In this document: one piece after another, positions 58,739 through 64,000 of the stretch
Numbering within the stretch: position 1 is the first letter of the stretch
Layout: every line of letters starts with the position of its first letter
Origin: Eledone cirrhosa
Lineage: Eukaryota
DNA length: 64,000 nucleotides
Direction of reading: 5' to 3'
Assembly: GCA_964016885.1 (NCBI GenBank)
Contig: OZ024740.1
Span: 187,178,001 to 187,242,000, forward strand
Notes under the pieces: generated by a model
What the model saw: the letters and a program-made list of their open reading frames with translations, nothing else
The model's database searches: none
What the model was told of the DNA's origin: nothing
Made by a program: the position numbers and the translations under genes

Positions 58739-60061
58739 AAATTTATAAAATAATATAACCAGAACATCTGGTCATCTGGTTCCTCAGGCCTCATGGCAAC
58801 AGGCCACAGAGGAACATGCATAGATGCATACATACATATATGTCACCATACAACTTATAGATACGACTGTTTTATAACATCATCATCATCATTATTATGA
58901 CCCAAGTTTGAGAACAAAGATCAGGAAGGAGGTGGTTTACGTCTATTGCAACCTATATATTATCTATATATATAAATACAAGTTGAATATCAGATAAAGA
59001 TTAAGATATTTTACTTTGAAAATACCTTACAATTGACTGTACTGTGTCTTCAAACAGAATTGTAATTAATAATAACAAAGGATAATTTCCTTCATACTAA
59101 TTTATGTATACATGTACAATAAACAGGACAGTATTATTATTCTTTGTTGAATGAACCTCTAAGTAACAATCACCTGCATTGACAGATACACTATGTAATG
59201 CTTGTCTCCAAATGAAAAGCATTGTTGCTGTTGCCTAGAGATACACTGTTATTCCTAGTTGGAATCATTCCATAAAAGTCAGTATTTGCTCTAGGAAAGT
59301 CACAAACACCACAACTTCCGTTTGCTAACATACTACTAACAATATGATGCACTTTTCATTTCATTTTTTCTTATTTTATTTCATTGTTACTGGATATTTA
59401 GACAGTTAGTGAGTGTTTTCAAGTATTTATGCTGATCTAGACATACCTGTTTATATTTGCACCTGTTCACATCTGTCTTTCCAGAAGATTTTAAATACAA
59501 TTCCACATTTTACCAAGTGCAATTCCACATTTTACCAAGTGCATTTTATTGTGGAACGAGCACTAGAAAGGTTGTCATGTTTTTGATACAACTAGAGAGT
59601 CCTTCCAACCCTTTGTTTTGCAAGTTTTCTCTAGGTGGATGCCCTTTACAGGTTGAACTGGGTGCATTTATCATGTAGATCAGCAACACTATAGAGGTTC
59701 TTGCTCCCTTGACACAACTGAAGGGTCTCAACTCTTTTAGGCATGGTTTCTAGAGCGTGTTGTCCTTCCTGTCACCAACCACCTTACAGAGTGTATCAGG
59801 CACATTTACATGGCACCATCACTAGAGAGGTTGTTAGTCCTAGTCCCAACTTTCTGTTCTATGATGAGGGGCAATAAGGAAGGGAGATAAGTATGAAGTT
59901 ATAATTGTATCAGGTGATTTGACACAGTGGTGATTAAGGGGAAAGGTTGATTGAAAGGGTGAGTGATAGTATACTGTATTGATTAAAAATTATCTTTAGT
60001 CAAAATCAAACTCCCACTTGCTATATTGCAAACATCTGCACTACAGCCAAACCACAGTGTC

Positions 60062-60094
<33 letters not shown>

Positions 60095-60139
60095 TATATT
60101 TATATATATATATATATATGTATATATATAGAGAGAGAG

Positions 60140-62045
60140 AGAAAATTGAGGTTGGTAATGGCACATGGAATATATAAGAGACAGAATACTTTTTTGTGAA
60201 AAAACATATAATTTTATAAGGTAAGGAAATAATAAAGGGTATAAAAAATGACCGGTTTCGATGGGTCTGCAAAAGCCATCTTTTCAAATGTTGATTAATA
60301 TTAAGAAAAATTAATAATAAGAAGAGTTAAAATTTGAGATTTGAAAATTCAAGTATAAAATTCATTGTGGGATTTCACAGTAGTTTTCATCTTGATAGCA
60401 GCTCATTTAGCAGCTCGTTGACTGCTGGGTCCCTTTCTGGTAGTGAATGAGAAGAGTTATTTGGGGTGTGGGATATATTATAAAGGTCAAATTTAGCAAT
60501 GGCCAGATGGCCAGCTGCTGGTCAGTGAGGGGGTGGAAGCAATATACATACATATATCTCCTGTGGTAGGTAGGAGAGGGGAGATTGATAGAAAGGGATT
60601 TAGTGCACTTACACCTATATATACACACATACCTTCATCCACACATACATACATATACACATATATACACATATATATATATATATATCCATACATATAC
60701 ACACGTACATACACACACACATACATATATATACACACACACACACATACACACACACATATATGCACATACACACACATATATATATATATACACACAC
60801 ACACATATATATACATACACATACATCCAGATACACACATACACACACACACACACACATATATATATACACATATGCATACATCCAGATACACACATAC
60901 ATACACACGCACACACAATACATACATCCACATGCACACACACACACACACACATACACACACATATATACACATACATACACCCACACACAGAGAAATG
61001 GCCTCCAAATATATATATATACATACATACACATATATTTTTTCCATAATATAAGAAGTTAGGACAGTGAAATTAAAATACAAGTCATTCTGATCACATT
61101 GAGTTCTTCATGTAGATTGAGCCCCGCAACCGACAGTGGTGAATTCTGTGTGCGCATATATATATAGATATATGTGTGTGCAGGTGCAGGGTTTAACATG
61201 GATGTGTTGGTCACACAAAGGCATGGTCTGTCAACAAATAAACCTGATTCTACAGAATTGGTCTCTGGTCTTTAATAGTAGTGATAAATATATACATGCA
61301 CACCTACAAACACATATCTGTCACTCCGTGCGTATGTGTGTTTATATTTTATGACAATTCTATTGGGGTGATAACACGTTTAGTTTTGGTTTGAATTTGT
61401 TAAGGAATAGATTTTCTTTGTTTATTCTTTGTTGCTGTGTGAACGAATCTGAGCACTTGTAGAAGGGGAAGATTTTAAAGTTGGGTAGTGTCATTCCTGC
61501 GCAGTTCGCAATATGGCTGCTCAAGGGCATTTTTCTTGTGCTAGCGTCCCGGATTTGTTGGCGGTGGATGGTCATTCTTTTGCGTAATGAGGTGCCTGTC
61601 TGTCCTATGTAGTTGTGTTTGCACCCACCGCAAGTTATTGCGTAAATCAAGTTCTCCGAGTTGCAGGTGAAATTGTTTTTTACTGTAAATGTTTGGCCAT
61701 CTTTAAATGTAAATTTTTGTCCTTCAGTGAGGTAGAGGCACGTTCCACAGTTTGTTCTACCACATTTGGTAACTGTAGGGTTGAGGATTGGTTTGGGTAT
61801 ATTTGGTCCAGTGAGAATGCATTTTAGTGATTTGGGTTGTCTTTTACTTTTAAGGATCTTGTGTGTTTCAAGAATAGACTTCATTTTTACATCTTTAAGT
61901 AGGATGGGGAGGTTTTTGTGTAGGTGATCAAACATTTTGGTATTTCTGGGGTTGAAAGTGGATACATATGGCAGGGTGTTGAGTGTGGTTTTCTGTTTTG
62001 GATTGTTAAGTTGATGGGGATTTAGGTGTTTTGCCCTGTCTATTC

Positions 62046-62050
<5 letters not shown>
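60140..62050 (-). mobile_element. Second Neptune-like PLE 3' part: GIY-YIG ORF (61360-62050), 3' UTR and pLTR with U3-A8 HHR (60246-60291)
   Basis: [31 protein letters not shown], similar to 40576-41091. Confidence 0.85.
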
Positions 62051-62093
<43 letters not shown>

Positions 62094-62120
62094 CCATATA
62101 TATATATATGTGCATATTTA

Positions 62121-62153
<33 letters not shown>

Positions 62154-64000
62154 GTCTGTGTATATATATATACATACATACATATATATATATATGCAAA
62201 TGGCAAACACAAATAACAAAGCAAACGACACACTACCATGAAGAAATATATTATATATATATATAAGCACAGTAGTATTAGCACTGATATAGTGTAAATT
62301 GTAATAGCATTGTAATGGAATTATATACGATATGTTTATGTATAATAAACATCCATTTAGCCTTGCTATGAGATTTCTTTTAATAAGCTTTGATCATGTC
62401 ACCGCTATCTCAGTAACAAAGAAAGAGAACATGATGGCATTGTTTCTGAGCTATTACCCAGCTTTGGAGGAGCTTACTCCCCTGCTGCTGAGGCAAAAAT
62501 AAGATGAAGTTAATATTTTATAGTTTTTTTGCTTATGAACCTATACATACACAAATAATGTGTGTCTATGAGGGTCGGTTTATAGGATATCTCTTTATAT
62601 TAGCAATGATTAAAGCAAGCAGCAGCATTTGTTTAAGTCTAGCATAAGCAATACTTCCCAGAGTGTAGCAGTTAAAGAAAGATGTAACAGTTAGAAGAAC
62701 ATAATACAATTTTTTAAATTTTATTAAAAGATATCGTATCTGTCAGAGTCCCAGAATTTTTTTCACAAAACCCACTTTAGGATCACTCATCCAGGGTAGT
62801 AGTGTTTTATTTCTTTTCAATCCATCACTATTCTCTAAATTTAAAAAGCAAATATAGAAGTTAGAAAAATCTTCATTAAAGGATGGTCTCCTATGAATGA
62901 ACATCATCTAACTGATATTACTTTATTTCAGAGTATTAAATTGGTTGGATTAACTTATGACAATGTAAATTACCTTTGTAACTTTTGGATTCAACAAACG
63001 TGGCATGTGTTTTTTCTTAACAAAAAACGAAAACAAAAAAACAAAAAACAGAAGAATGATCTTAAGTCAATCATCATGAGTTCAATATAAAATACACTTA
63101 TTTTAATCCCAGCAGAAGGATTAAAGGTTAAGATGACATGGTTGGAATTTGATATAATAACTGTGAGATAGCAAAATTGCTGCCATAAATTCTGTTCTGG
63201 CATGTTATTTGAGCATTAACTATCCCAACAGATTTATTGATGTTGTTGCTGTTAGTATCATTATTATTGTTATTAGAAACAATTATTATTGTAATTTGTA
63301 TTTTTTTTTCAATTGAAACATTTCCTGAGCTGACTTTATCTTCTCTTTGCTGCTTATAGTGAAAATGTTGAATTCAATCAATTTTTATATGCACGTGTGT
63401 GTGTGCAAATGTGTGTATGTACGTTCACATGTGTATGAGTGTAATGGTATAAAATTGATTATCCTCAGTTTTTAAACACCCTTATTTAGTATGCTTTGAA
63501 CAAATTAGAAAGGATACCATTGTGATACACAAGAAACTGGCTTTAAAACAACAAGAAGATGTTATTGTGATAGAATCCAATTCAGACAAGTCACATAAGA
63601 ATGGAGTATTTCTTGCTATCATCATTATCATTGAATTTACATTTTATTTTCCCAATGCAATTAATTCTGATGTTTCATGCATTATTTGTCTTACTGAGTT
63701 ACATAATTGAAAGAAAAAAGAACCAGCATTTAATCAAAATTCAAACAAAGATTTTTAACATAGGCACAAAGCCATACGTTCTAAGGAAATTAACAGTTGA
63801 TTTTATCAAATACAATATTTCATTGTCACTTATTTCAGAAATCCCCCACCACCAGAATGATGTCAGGTAAATATCAACCAAAGCAGGGTTCTGACTGAGA
63901 ATGTAAAGAAACTATTAAATACTGCAATGTATTTCTACCAACAATCTACCAATCCACCATCACAAAGATTTAAAAGATATAAGAAAGCTTCTACTCATTT

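Overview
Very AT-rich, repeat-dominated eukaryotic DNA with no host protein-coding gene that I can support. The mix of very long (TA)n arrays, RTE and CR1-group LINEs, tRNA-derived SINEs and Penelope-like elements (PLEs) suggests a cephalopod (Octopus-like) intronic or intergenic region; this is inference only. Most listed ORFs (YIYIYI...) are microsatellite artefacts. Real coding remnants are all retroelement-derived: several 5'-truncated RTE copies, CR1-group RT ORFs (one open for 566 aa), three PLEs (RT and/or GIY-YIG) and an RLE-type LINE tail. The main hidden signal, found by reading both strands, is a dense set of type I hammerhead-ribozyme (HHR) motifs. They lie in PLE pseudo-LTRs and in short (TA)n-embedded islands, several of which are fold-back palindromes that put an HHR on both strands (e.g. 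31241-31580). One PLE lineage repeatedly shows a compensated U3-A8 core (UUGAAAA) instead of CUGANGA. All ribozyme calls are manual folds and have not been tested.
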